Assembly (NCBI GenBank): GCA_963845535.1
Contig: CAWJSK010000003.1
Span: 64,001-128,000, forward strand
Reading direction: 5' to 3'
Source of the DNA: an uncultured Spirochaetota bacterium
GTDB taxonomy: Bacteria > Spirochaetota > Spirochaetia > SZUA-6 > Fen-1364
Length of the DNA: 64,000 nt
The notes below the pieces were generated by a model, which made no database searches, was not told where the DNA came from, and saw nothing but the letters and a program-made list of their open reading frames with translations. Of this stretch, positions 8,616 to 18,538 are shown in pieces; position 1 is the first letter of the stretch; every line of letters starts with the position of its first letter. The position numbers were made by a program, and so were the translations under genes.

Positions 8616-11258
8616 ATGAAGAAGAACATCCACTTCTTTGCAAAAGGGGAAGCCAACTTGAAGCCGCAGCTCCTGGAGCGCATCGGGATACGCGGACGGC
8701 TGGCCATGGAGCTTGCTGATCTGGACCTGCCCATCCTGCCCGGTTTCCTCATCGACGCTGACGTGGCCATGCACCTGGAAGATTTCGACATCTGGGCTGC
8801 GCTGGAACCGTGGTTTGCCAAGCTTGCAAAGCTGACAGGAAAGACGTACGGGGCCGCGGACAACCCCATGCTGGTGAAGATCGTCATCAGCCCCAACCTC
8901 GTGATCGCCCAGTATCCCACGCTTCACAACTACGGGCTGACGGACAAGACGCTCCCCGGGTTCGTGCGCTACGTGGGTGAGAACTTCGGCTGGCACGAGC
9001 AGCAGTTCCTCACCATGGGGAATCTCGAGATCGAGCACGCCATTGCAGAGCTGGAGGAAAAAGAGAAGGAAGCCAAAAACCTCAGGCAGGCCATCAAGGA
9101 CCTCGGCAAGGGCCTGGATTCCGACATGGACGCCAAGAAGAGGCAGGACTTCCTTGAAAAGTACAAGGCCATGCTGCCGGAAGGGTTCTTCAAGGACCCG
9201 TTCGACCAGCTTGAGATCGCCTTGAAGAGGATCAGCCATCTTCTGGCCATCAACGACCAGAACCAGCAGGACACCGCCCTCATCATCCAGCCCATGGTGT
9301 ACGGAAACTACGGCAAGGACGCCTTCTATGGCCAGTTCTTCACCCGCAACATCGTGACGGGGAACAAGGAAATCCAGGGGGAATACTTCCAGAACAAGTT
9401 CAACGCCATCGGAGCAACCGGGGCGGACATATCGAAGGTGTCGAAAAACTACCATGACGACATGGAGAAAATCTCCCGCAAGGTGGAAGATCACTTCAAG
9501 GAGATACGGTCCATCAGGTTCACCGTGGAGGACAAGCTCCTCTGGCTGATCGACCAGCGTTCCGTCATGGCCAAATCCACCCAGGCTGATATCCAGCTTC
9601 TCCTGGACCTGCACGCGCGCAAGATCGTGGATGACGCCTACGTGGTGAAGAACATTAAGCCCGGGCAGCTCAATGAGATCCTGCACCCCATCATCGACTA
9701 CAGTTCGGTGAAGGGGCTGACCGCCCTGACCGGCGGGATCACCGGCGCCCCGGGGGCGGCCATCGGCAGGATATACTTCAACACGGAAAGGCTCCTGGAC
9801 GCGCATAAGCTGGCGCAGCAGAAGGGCACGGAGACCAAGATGATCCTCTGCCTTTCCGCGTCGTTTGCGGAGGACGTAAAGGCAATCGAGGTCGCCACGG
9901 GAGTGCTTTCCTCCGAGGGCGGGTACTCGGCTCACGCCTCGGTGGTGGCCCGGCAGTACGGCAAGGTCTCTCTTGTGAAGCCGGAGATGAAGATCAAGGA
10001 CACGAGCGCGACCATCGGCAGCAAGACCATCAAGGAAGGGGACTACATCACCCTCAATGTGCCTTTCTACGGCGCGCCTTCCCTGTACCTGGGGAAGGCG
10101 GAGCTCATAGAGCCGAATCCGGAGGAATCCGGAATGCTGGACTTCCTGAAGCTCGTGGACAAGTTCGTGGGCCACTTCACGGTCCGGGCAAACTCGGACA
10201 AGCCGCGGGACGCGGCGCTCGCGCGCAAGTTCGGCGCCAAGGGAATCGGGCTTGTCCGCACGGAGCACATGTTCTTCGAGGAAAAGAGGATCAACGTGTT
10301 CCGGGAAATGGTCCTCTCCGACTCGGTTGAGGAACGAAAGAAAGCCCTCGGCAAGCTCCAACCCATGCAGAAGGCGGATTTCTACAAGCTGTTCAAGATC
10401 ATGGAGGACTACCCGGTCATCATCCGCCTCCTTGATGCGCCTTTGCACGAGTTCCTGCCCCACAATGACCAGGAACTGGACAAGTTCATGAATTATCTGA
10501 ACGTGGGCAAGACTGGGTCAAAAAAGGTCTCGGAGAAGGACGTCAGGGCCCGAAGCGAGGGGCTGCACGAGTTCAACCCCATGCTCGGCCACCGCGGATG
10601 CCGCATTGCGGTCTCATACCCCGAGATCTACGAGATGCAGGTCCGGGCCATTTTCGAGGCCGTCTACACGCTGCGCAAGGAAGGGGTCAAGGTCGAGCCG
10701 GAGATCATGATCCCCATCATCATGAATGAGAGCGAGCTGAAGCTCATCATCTACGGCAAGAAGATCGAGGGCAAGTCCATCCGGGGGCTCGTGGAAGTGG
10801 AACGGGAAGTGCGGGAAAGCTACAAGGCCAAGGCCGTCCCGTTCAAGATCGGAACCATGGTGGAGCTGCCGGCGGCGGCTCTCGGGGCAGGGGACCTCGC
10901 GCATTACGCGCAGTTCTTCTCCTTCGGGACAAATGACCTGACGCAGACCACCATCGGGCTCTCCCGTGACGACTTCAACTCCTTCATGCCGGATTACACG
11001 CAGTTCGACCTCCTGGAGGGCAACCCGTTCCAGAACCTGAATCCGCAGGTGAAAGAATTGATTGCGCTCGCCGTCAAGCGCGGAAAGATGACGCGGCCTG
11101 ACCTCGAAGTTGGACTGTGCGGGGAGCACGGGGCAATCCCGGAGAACATCCGCTTCTGCATGGAAGCCGGGCTGGATTACGTTTCCTGCTCGCCGTACCA
11201 GGTGCCGCTCTCCAAGCTGGCAATCGCCCAGTTGAACATCGAGAGGGACGGGAAGTAG
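8616..11258 (+). CDS. ppdK: Pyruvate,phosphate dikinase-family PEP-utilising protein with degenerate nucleotide-binding domain
   Basis: GGYSAHASVVAR phospho-His loop, GIGLVRTEHMFF, IRLLDAPLHEF, NPMLGHRGCR, FGTNDLTQ and GLCGEHG. Confidence 0.9.
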   Translation: MKKNIHFFAKGEANLKPQLLERIGIRGRLAMELADLDLPILPGFLIDADVAMHLEDFDIWAALEPWFAKLAKLTGKTYGAADNPMLVKIVISPNLVIAQYPTLHNYGLTDKTLPGFVRYVGENFGWHEQQFLTMGNLEIEHAIAELEEKEKEAKNLRQAIKDLGKGLDSDMDAKKRQDFLEKYKAMLPEGFFKDPFDQLEIALKRISHLLAINDQNQQDTALIIQPMVYGNYGKDAFYGQFFTRNIVTGNKEIQGEYFQNKFNAIGATGADISKVSKNYHDDMEKISRKVEDHFKEIRSIRFTVEDKLLWLIDQRSVMAKSTQADIQLLLDLHARKIVDDAYVVKNIKPGQLNEILHPIIDYSSVKGLTALTGGITGAPGAAIGRIYFNTERLLDAHKLAQQKGTETKMILCLSASFAEDVKAIEVATGVLSSEGGYSAHASVVARQYGKVSLVKPEMKIKDTSATIGSKTIKEGDYITLNVPFYGAPSLYLGKAELIEPNPEESGMLDFLKLVDKFVGHFTVRANSDKPRDAALARKFGAKGIGLVRTEHMFFEEKRINVFREMVLSDSVEERKKALGKLQPMQKADFYKLFKIMEDYPVIIRLLDAPLHEFLPHNDQELDKFMNYLNVGKTGSKKVSEKDVRARSEGLHEFNPMLGHRGCRIAVSYPEIYEMQVRAIFEAVYTLRKEGVKVEPEIMIPIIMNESELKLIIYGKKIEGKSIRGLVEVEREVRESYKAKAVPFKIGTMVELPAAALGAGDLAHYAQFFSFGTNDLTQTTIGLSRDDFNSFMPDYTQFDLLEGNPFQNLNPQVKELIALAVKRGKMTRPDLEVGLCGEHGAIPENIRFCMEAGLDYVSCSPYQVPLSKLAIAQLNIERDGK

Positions 11259-11288
11259 CGGGTCAGAAAGCTCCGTCAGGGAACAGAT

Positions 11289-11333
11289 CGGCAGGGTCGG
11301 GCGTACGCCAGACCCTGCCGTTTTTTATTTTTT
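11289..11333 (+). terminator. Rho-independent terminator after the ppdK-like gene
   Basis: CGGCAGGGTC...GACCCTGCCG stem followed by TTTTTTATTTTTT. Confidence 0.85.
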
Positions 11334-11882
11334 GGCCCAGATGGTGAAGTTTTTCAGGCCTTCGATAACGAGCGCACCGGCCTTGTCGGCGTCCGTCTTG
11401 GGAACGGTTGCCTCCTTGTTCAAGGCCGTGGAGAAGAACCTGGCTATGGACGAGAACACGTCGGGGAGGTTGTAGAACAGGAATGCGACGTTGCTCCCGG
11501 AGGGCCTGACAATGGTGAAGGAGCCGTAGGTCATGAGCGGCATCTTGCTCACCATGACCTTGGTCTGGTTTTTCGCCGTGAGGATGTCCAGCTCGGCGAA
11601 ACGGTGGGGGATCTGGTCCTTGGCGGTGCGTCGGAAAGGCTCCAGGTGCTTCTGGGCATAGTTGGGAGGCTCCGCCAGGACGAAAAGCTTGTTGCCGTCA
11701 GTCTGAAACGTGAGGCCTTCCTTCGTCAGGACAATGCTTTTGACGCCACTGTAGGCCACCACCTCGTAGCGCGAGTATGCCGTGGTCTCATCCAGGAACG
11801 AAGAGACGATATACCCTCCCTCGCCCGGGAGCTTGCTCTCCGCGTACGCCTTGAAAAGGTCCACGGCTTTCAACTCTGCCAT
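11325..11882 (-). CDS. Conserved hypothetical protein
   Basis: 185 aa, GAAGGGGG RBS, genome-like codon use, no recognisable motif. Confidence 0.8.
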   Translation of the reverse strand: MAELKAVDLFKAYAESKLPGEGGYIVSSFLDETTAYSRYEVVAYSGVKSIVLTKEGLTFQTDGNKLFVLAEPPNYAQKHLEPFRRTAKDQIPHRFAELDILTAKNQTKVMVSKMPLMTYGSFTIVRPSGSNVAFLFYNLPDVFSSIARFFSTALNKEATVPKTDADKAGALVIEGLKNFTIWAKK

Positions 11883-11955
11883 CGGTTTCCCCCTTCCGAC
11901 CGTTTCTCAAGGACAAGTATATTCGCTTTTGGGTCGCGTGCAACGTGTCGGACGC

Positions 11956-13857
11956 TTACGTGGCTCCCGCTTCCGTTTTCCTCAAGCTCTTTGCCTTGGC
12001 AAGAAACTTGTCGGCGTACTCCCCATTGCCCATGCGCCGGTATACCATTCCGAGGTTTCGATTCGCCCTCCAGTCCTTCGGGGACAGGGAGACGGCGCGC
12101 CGAAAGAGCTCGGCGGATTTCTCAAGCGTGCTCTCCTGGTAGTGGAGGACGCCCAGCATGAGCAGGAGTGAAAGGCTTTCACCGTTCTGCTTCATGAAGC
12201 CTTCCATGACTTTGATGCCGACCTTGCGGGCCCCGATCTTGTCGAGACAATACACGGCCGCCTTGATGAGCTCTTCGGAGCCATTGTCGGTGCTGAGCAG
12301 GTCCCGCAGGATGACGAGCGCCTCCGCGTACTTTCCCGTGCGGCGGTAGCACAGAGCGAGGGCGGACTTCAGCTTGCTGTTTCGAGGCTCCAGGGGCAGC
12401 AGCTTCCCGATCTGTTCAGCCGCGTCCGCAAAAGACTGGAGGCGCAGGAGAAGGCGCACAAGCTGGCGCCGCGCCTCCTTGTCGTCAGGGTCGAGGCTGA
12501 GGTACCGCCGAAGCACGTCCCGCCGCAGCTCGGGCTTGTCCAGGGTCTCATAGATGTCGGCAAGGGCTTCCAGGGTGTCCAGGTCGTCCGCTGAAACGCG
12601 AAGCACGCGCTTGTACCAGCCCTCGGCAAGCTCGGGGAGCCCGGCGCGCGCGTACGCGGCTGCCAGCTCGGCCATGAGGGCGAGGTCCGGCCCGCGCGCC
12701 TTGACCTGCCGCTGCAGCTCGCCGAGCACCTCTTCCAGGGAAGCGTCCGTGCGCGCAAGTGCAAGGCTGCGGAAGTATAAGGCTGTTTCGTCCGCAGGGT
12801 CCCTCTGGAGGAGGTGGCCCGCCTCCGTGAGGAGCTCCTCGAACTCCCCCCTGTCCCACAACACGCCGAGCAGGCCGTAGCGGATCTCCAGGGAGCTCTT
12901 GTCCTTCTCCAGGGCCCGGCGGAAATGGTTCTTCGCTTTGCCCAGCTCGCCGAGGTTCCGGTAGGATTCTCCGACGAGCATGTGAAGGTACGGGTCTGAA
13001 TAGTCGTCTTTGAGAAGACGCGTTCCATGGAGGATGGTTTCCCGGTAGCGGCCCTCGCGAAACAGGTTGACCGTGAGGAATCGAAGCACGTCTTTCGTTG
13101 TGCCTTCCGGGCTGACGGCGCTCTTCAGTAGCTGCGTCCCTATGCGAAGCTCCTCCGCAGCCTCCTTTTTTTGTTCCTGCGACAGGAGCACGAGCGCCTT
13201 TTGCAGGTGAAGGAACGGGTCCTGGGGCGACATTTGCGAAGCGGCGTCAATATGGAAAAGCGACGCGTTGTCCTTCCCCAACTCCTTGTAGATGGAGGCA
13301 AGGTACAGATGGGGGAGGATGCTGGTCTGCCGCTGCTCGAGCACCTCCGTGAACAGGCGCGCTGAATCCACGAGCTGACCGCGATGGAACAGGCGTATGG
13401 CGAGCACGAGCGCCGTGTTGAGGTAGCCCACCTGGAGGCGCGCGTTGTTCGGATCAAGCTCGAGCGCCTTCGCGAAGCACCAGATCGCCTTCTCGGAGCG
13501 GCGCGACTTCAACCAGGCAAAACCCAGGAGGCCAAAAGCCGCGGCGAACTTCGGGTTCACCTCCGTGGCGCGCCGGAGGTGACGGACCGCCGGCGGGTAG
13601 GCTTCGAGGGCGAGGTATGCGCGGCCAAGGAAGAAATGCCCGGCCGCTGAGCCGGGTTTCTGCTGAACGAAGAAATTGAGGGCCTGCGCAGCCTTTGCGT
13701 GCTCCCCGAGGGCGTGATAGCTGCGGCCAAGGTAGAGGAGGGCCTGCGGGAACTTGTCCGTGCTCCCGACAATTCGAAGAAGGATCTCGACGGATCGTGC
13801 GTAGTCGTGGTTGCGTCCCGCGCGGAGGGCTTCCTCGAAAAGCTCAGTATAATTCAC
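11956..13857 (-). CDS. Tetratricopeptide repeat protein
   Basis: Many TPR units, for example ALLYLGRSYHALG, GHFFLGRAYLAL and ANRNLGMVYRRMG. Confidence 0.9.
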   Translation of the reverse strand: MNYTELFEEALRAGRNHDYARSVEILLRIVGSTDKFPQALLYLGRSYHALGEHAKAAQALNFFVQQKPGSAAGHFFLGRAYLALEAYPPAVRHLRRATEVNPKFAAAFGLLGFAWLKSRRSEKAIWCFAKALELDPNNARLQVGYLNTALVLAIRLFHRGQLVDSARLFTEVLEQRQTSILPHLYLASIYKELGKDNASLFHIDAASQMSPQDPFLHLQKALVLLSQEQKKEAAEELRIGTQLLKSAVSPEGTTKDVLRFLTVNLFREGRYRETILHGTRLLKDDYSDPYLHMLVGESYRNLGELGKAKNHFRRALEKDKSSLEIRYGLLGVLWDRGEFEELLTEAGHLLQRDPADETALYFRSLALARTDASLEEVLGELQRQVKARGPDLALMAELAAAYARAGLPELAEGWYKRVLRVSADDLDTLEALADIYETLDKPELRRDVLRRYLSLDPDDKEARRQLVRLLLRLQSFADAAEQIGKLLPLEPRNSKLKSALALCYRRTGKYAEALVILRDLLSTDNGSEELIKAAVYCLDKIGARKVGIKVMEGFMKQNGESLSLLLMLGVLHYQESTLEKSAELFRRAVSLSPKDWRANRNLGMVYRRMGNGEYADKFLAKAKSLRKTEAGAT

Positions 13858-13924
13858 GCACCGGGAAGTATAGCACGGCAGCGAATTGCTTTACAAATGG
13901 TTGCCTTTGCACTACACATACTCC

Positions 13925-15335
13925 ATGCAGGCAGTGCAGAACCTCGCGCAGATCACACGCAAGCAGGTGGTGCTTGCGGAGCGGTTGGGGATTGGCGTAC
14001 GCCTCGGCGCCAGCGGGATCGTTCTTGCCCTCTGCCTGTCCATGGGACAGTCGGAGCCCTCGCTCGTCGCGGCATCGATCTTCTTTGCCCTGGGGATCTA
14101 CTCGTTCATTGCCCGGTGTCCTGCTCACGCAGAAGAGGGACCCGTCCCTCCTGTATATTCCTTCTCTTGTCCTGGACCTCGTCGCCGTGGCCGTGAACGG
14201 GCTGTCCGTCGTGCGCTCGTTCGGATTCGTCGCCGCGCTGCCCATGCTCGTCGCGCTCGAAGGGTTCTGCGCCGCAATTGCCGTCCTGAGCGCGCTGCGG
14301 CTGTCCTTACGGGACGTCATTCTTGCCGGCGGAGTTGCCATCATCTGTCCCGTCATTGTCGCTTTCGGGTCCTTCCTCCTGGGGACGGATTCCGGGGCCA
14401 GAGCTCTGTTCCTCGTGCCGGCACTGAACGCTCTCATCACCGTCCTTTCCGGCGTCACCGCAACCCAGGGCAGGGGCGCGCTCAAGGACAACCTCGTTAC
14501 AGAGGACCTGTTGCGCGCAAGCCGGCGGTTGAAGATGACCATGGACATCGTTGCCGCCTCCATCTTCAACCTCCATCAGCTCGTGAACAAGCTGGGGGAC
14601 GTCTCGACAACGGTTTCTTCAGGAGCGCGGAACCAAGCCGCGGGCATTGACCAGGTCACCTCAGCGGCGGAGCATCTCCAGGGCGCCATGGAAGGCATTT
14701 CCCAGGCCACCGAAAAGTCGGCCTTGTCCATCAGCACAACGGCGCAGTTCTCCGAGAGCGGCAACGCAATCATGCAGAAGATCATTACCGAAATCCTCGG
14801 GATCCACGACGTGGTGCAGAGGATGGTTTCCGCCCTGGCCCGCATCAACGACATCGCCGACCAGACGAACCTGCTGGCCCTCAACGCAGCCATCGAGGCC
14901 TCCCGTTCTGGTGATGAGAGAAGCGGTTTCACCGTGGTGGCTGACGAGATCCGCCAGCTTGCAGAGAAGGCCGCCCTGGCGGCCAGCGAGGTCGGTACGT
15001 GGGGGAAACAGATCGAGAGCGTCATTCAGGCGGGAGGGGAATCCTCCCGCGAGGCAGGGAAGATATTCGACACCATTGCGCGGGACCTCGGCGCGTACGC
15101 CGGATTCATCCATGAGCTGTCGTTCTCGGTCAAGGAACAGCTTGATGCCAACAGGGAAGTGACGAACGCCATTGAAAACATCGGCTCGGTCGTGGAAGAC
15201 AACCGGGGTATGGCGGAATCCGTGTCGAGGATCGTCGGGGACCTCAGGAGAGAAATGTTCAAGCTCGAATCCCTTGTAGACGACAAGGTTCAAGAAGTGG
15301 AGAGACTCTACCGCGGAGCGCAAGGCTCCCCGTAG
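13925..15335 (+). CDS. Methyl-accepting chemotaxis protein with multi-TM N-terminus; frameshift at about 14112
   Basis: N-terminal TM helices (MQAVQNLAQ...GIYSFIA) are in one frame. Further TMs and the MCP hairpin tip (IADQTNLLALNAAIEASR...GFTVVADEIRQLA) are in the +1 frame. Removing one C from GCCCGGT restores a single ORF. Confidence 0.8.
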
Positions 15336-15395
15336 GCTTCGTGGGCCTCACGCGCCGCGTGATCCCACGAGCCGCCCGCAATCAGCCACCTGCCT

Positions 15396-15425
15396 TTGAC
15401 AAAGCAGCGCTGATTGTATCAGAAT
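15396..15425 (+). promoter_or_regulatory. Putative sigma70 promoter of purB-guaA (leaderless-type)
   Basis: TTGACA-N18-CAGAAT, ending 5 nt before ATG 15431, with no SD. Confidence 0.45.
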
Positions 15426-15430
15426 GGCGC

Positions 15431-16909
15431 ATGGAACCACGGAGCATCTTCGCCAACCTGTCGCCCCTGGACCATCGCTACTCGCTCTCTGATCCCCAGC
15501 TCTTTGAACGGCTGTCCTCCTTTCTGAGCGAGAATGCGTCCGTCCGCTATTGCCTTCGCGTCGAGCTGGCGCTGGTCAAGACGCTCCTTTCCAGGGTCGG
15601 GCGCGCGGCAAAAGGAAGTGGGGACAAAGCCGGGGACTCCGGCCCAGACGCGGAAAAACCGGACACGGTGGACCTGGATGAGGTCATCGAGGCTATCTCT
15701 CCGAAAGAGGTCTACGACGAGGAAGAAAAGACTCATCACAACATACGGGCGCTCGTGAACGTCATGAAACGCCACCTTCCCCGGGCAGTCCGGCCTTTCG
15801 TGCACCTGGGGGCAACGTCCGCGGACATCCTGGACACGGCCGCGGCGCTGCGCTATCGCGACGTTACACGCGCGGTCCTCCTCCCTCTGCTCGTTGACCT
15901 GGAGGAGGAGTTGATCCGGGTGGCTCGGGAAGAAGCAGACACGCCTCAAATCGGCCGTACGCATGGGCAGCATGCCGTCCCCATCACGTTCGGATTCGCC
16001 ATGGCAGAATACGTGTCGCGGCTGGGGAAGAGCATCGAAAGGATCACGACGAAGGCCGGCGACCTTCGGGGGAAGCTCGCGGGGGCGGTGGGGGCATACA
16101 ACGCGACATCCCTTGTCGTGGCGGATCCCAAGTCTCTGGAAAGGGACTTCCTTGCCTCCCTCGGGCTGCAGGCGTCGGAGCATTCGACGCAGCTCGTGGA
16201 GCCGGAATACGTCCTGGCGCTCCTCCTGGAGCTGAACACGGCCTTTGGCGTCATTGCCAACCTTGCGGATGACCTTCGCCACCTCCAGAGGTCCGAGATC
16301 GGAGAGGTGCGGGAGGAGTTCACCTCGACGCAGGTTGGTTCGTCGACAATGCCGCAGAAGCGCAATCCCTGGAACTCGGAGCACGTGAAAAGCCTTTGGA
16401 AGGAGTTTTGTCCCCGCGTGGTGACGTTCTTCATGGACCAGATTTCCGAGCATCAGCGGGACCTCACCAACTCCGCTTCATCGCGTTTCACCGCGGAATA
16501 CATGGCAGGCTTTGCATCCGCCGTGGCGCGGATGACGGCGGTAGTGCGCTCACTCGGGGTGGACCGCGTGCGCATGAGAGAGAACCTCTCGCGGTCAGGA
16601 GATGTCGTCTTCTCGGAGCCTGTCTATATCCTCATGGCTCTCGGGGGACACCCCGACGCCCATGAAGCCGTGCGGAAGGCCACGCTCAGGGTCGAGCAGA
16701 CCGGGGAGAGACTCATGCAGGTCCTTCGGGAGGACCGCGGCGCATGGGAGGCGGTCACCGCGCAGCTTGCGCGCGCTCTCGGTCAGGATGCGGAATCATT
16801 CTTCGCGGACCCCGCGAACTACCGGGGAGCGGCCGCGGAACAGGCCAGATCTCTGGCGGAGAAATACGCCCAGGTGTGCTTGCGGATTCGGAAGGAGCTT
16901 GCGGTCTGA
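15431..16909 (+). CDS. purB: Adenylosuccinate lyase
   Basis: LSPLDHRY, VHLGATSADI, GRTHGQHA and the signature GSSTMPQKRNP. Start moved to ATG 15431. Confidence 0.93.
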   Translation: MEPRSIFANLSPLDHRYSLSDPQLFERLSSFLSENASVRYCLRVELALVKTLLSRVGRAAKGSGDKAGDSGPDAEKPDTVDLDEVIEAISPKEVYDEEEKTHHNIRALVNVMKRHLPRAVRPFVHLGATSADILDTAAALRYRDVTRAVLLPLLVDLEEELIRVAREEADTPQIGRTHGQHAVPITFGFAMAEYVSRLGKSIERITTKAGDLRGKLAGAVGAYNATSLVVADPKSLERDFLASLGLQASEHSTQLVEPEYVLALLLELNTAFGVIANLADDLRHLQRSEIGEVREEFTSTQVGSSTMPQKRNPWNSEHVKSLWKEFCPRVVTFFMDQISEHQRDLTNSASSRFTAEYMAGFASAVARMTAVVRSLGVDRVRMRENLSRSGDVVFSEPVYILMALGGHPDAHEAVRKATLRVEQTGERLMQVLREDRGAWEAVTAQLARALGQDAESFFADPANYRGAAAEQARSLAEKYAQVCLRIRKELAV

Positions 16910-18462
16910 TGGACACTATCCTGATTCTCGACTTTGGAAGCCAGAGCACGCAGCTCATCGGACGCAGGATTCGGCAGCTCGGCGTATTCAGCAGGATCGT
17001 GCCCGGTGACGCGCCGCTCTCCAGCATCGATTTCAGCGACGTCCGCGGCATCATCCTCTCGGGTTCCCCGTTCTCCGTGTATGAGAAAGGCGCCCCGCGC
17101 GCGGACAAGCGCATCTATGAAAAAGGCCTCCCCATGCTGGGGATCTGCTATGGCTTCCAGAGCATGAGCGCGGATCACGGCGGGACCGTGGCCTCCCTCG
17201 GCAGCAAGGAGTACGGCAGGGCCCGCATACTGTTGAAGGAAAAGACGGAGCTCTTCGCGCGCGTTCCCGGGGACTCCTTCGTGTCGTGGATGAGTCACGG
17301 GGACTCTGTCACGGAAGCTCCCGCGGGTTTCCGCGTCATCGGGCAGTCGGAGAACGGGCTTGCCGCTGCCTTTGTCGATGAGGCCCGTCGCATGTGGGGC
17401 GTGCAGTTCCACCCCGAGGCGAGCCACTGCGAGCATGGCCAGGAGATCCTCAAGGCCTTCGCGGTGGACATCTGCAAGGCTCGCCCGGAATGGAGCATCG
17501 AAATGTTTCTCACGAGGGAGAAGGAGAGACTGAAGAATCAGGTCGGGGAGAGGGACGTGGTTCTCCTCATTTCGGGCGGAGTGGATTCGAGCGTGGTGGC
17601 CGCGCTCCTGCTTGCAAGCCTGGACCCCCGGCGCGTGCACCTCATGTACATCGACACCGGGCTCATGCGGGAAGGCGAGTCGCCCGAGGTCGCGAGGAGC
17701 CTGGCTGACCTCGGGGCCGTTCATCTCCACATGATCGATGCCTCCCGGAAGTTCTATGCGGGGCTGGCGGGGTTGACGGACCCCGAACAGAAAAGACGGG
17801 TGATTGGTGATCTTTTCATCACCGTCCAGGAAGAGGAGATCAGCGCCCTGGGCATCAGGGACTCGTACCTTGCTCAAGGGACGTTGTACACGGACCTCGT
17901 CGAATCAGGCAAGGGCGTCGGAGACAAGGCGAAGGTCATCAAGACCCATCACAACGTGCGCTCGCCTCTCGTGGAGGCGAAGAGGCTGGCGGGTCTGGTC
18001 ATCGAGCCGCTCTCTTCGCTGTACAAAGACGAAGTACGCGAGCTGGGGACCATGCTTGGACTGTCGACGGCGGTAGTGAACCGACACCCGTTCCCCGGGC
18101 CGGGACTGGCCGTGAGAATCGTGGGTGAGGTGACACAGGAAAAGTGCGATCTGCTGCGCAAGGCTGACGCGCTTTTCATGGCTGAGCTTCGAAGCCGCGG
18201 GTTCTACGAGAAGATCTGGCAGGCGTTCTGCGTCCTGTTGCCGGTGCGGTCAGTCGGCGTCTCCGGGGACGTGCGAAGGTACGGCCACGTCCTTGCGCTT
18301 CGGGCAGTGGCTTCGCTGGACGCCATCACGGCGGACGTTTATCCTTTCCCCATGAAGGACCTTCTGGAAATCTCTTCCCTGATCACGAACAGGATTCCTG
18401 AGATCGGACGGGTGGTCTACGACATCTCCAGCAAGCCCCCTGCCACGATCGAATGGGAGTAG
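16909..18462 (+). CDS. guaA: GMP synthase (glutamine-hydrolysing)
   Basis: ILDFGSQ, GICYG, QFHPE, SGGVDS, HPFPGPGLA and SKPPATIEWE. ATG 16909 overlaps the purB stop. Confidence 0.97.
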   Translation: MDTILILDFGSQSTQLIGRRIRQLGVFSRIVPGDAPLSSIDFSDVRGIILSGSPFSVYEKGAPRADKRIYEKGLPMLGICYGFQSMSADHGGTVASLGSKEYGRARILLKEKTELFARVPGDSFVSWMSHGDSVTEAPAGFRVIGQSENGLAAAFVDEARRMWGVQFHPEASHCEHGQEILKAFAVDICKARPEWSIEMFLTREKERLKNQVGERDVVLLISGGVDSSVVAALLLASLDPRRVHLMYIDTGLMREGESPEVARSLADLGAVHLHMIDASRKFYAGLAGLTDPEQKRRVIGDLFITVQEEEISALGIRDSYLAQGTLYTDLVESGKGVGDKAKVIKTHHNVRSPLVEAKRLAGLVIEPLSSLYKDEVRELGTMLGLSTAVVNRHPFPGPGLAVRIVGEVTQEKCDLLRKADALFMAELRSRGFYEKIWQAFCVLLPVRSVGVSGDVRRYGHVLALRAVASLDAITADVYPFPMKDLLEISSLITNRIPEIGRVVYDISSKPPATIEWE

Positions 18463-18538
18463 ATGATCGGCAGAAAAAAGCGCGCGCTTTAGAAAATAGC
18501 TATACGTTACCGATATAATGTGAGGAGAGGTGTTAGAA

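Noticed and set aside
5358..10463. Long antisense ORFs opposite cfpA and ppdK (5358-6521, 8184-10463) and similar ones elsewhere (1452-2822, 32101-33381, 46617-49052, 60987-62288)
   Set aside because: They mirror the codon frame of strongly GC3-biased genes and have no motifs or RBS; typical high-GC shadow ORFs.
13870..13892. Sigma54 (-24/-12) promoter CGGCAGCGAATTGC before the MCP gene
   Set aside because: GG-to-GC spacing is 9 nt rather than the required 10.
15336..15430. Purine riboswitch upstream of purB-guaA
   Set aside because: No aptamer consensus is visible, and the promoter candidate sits directly before the start codon.
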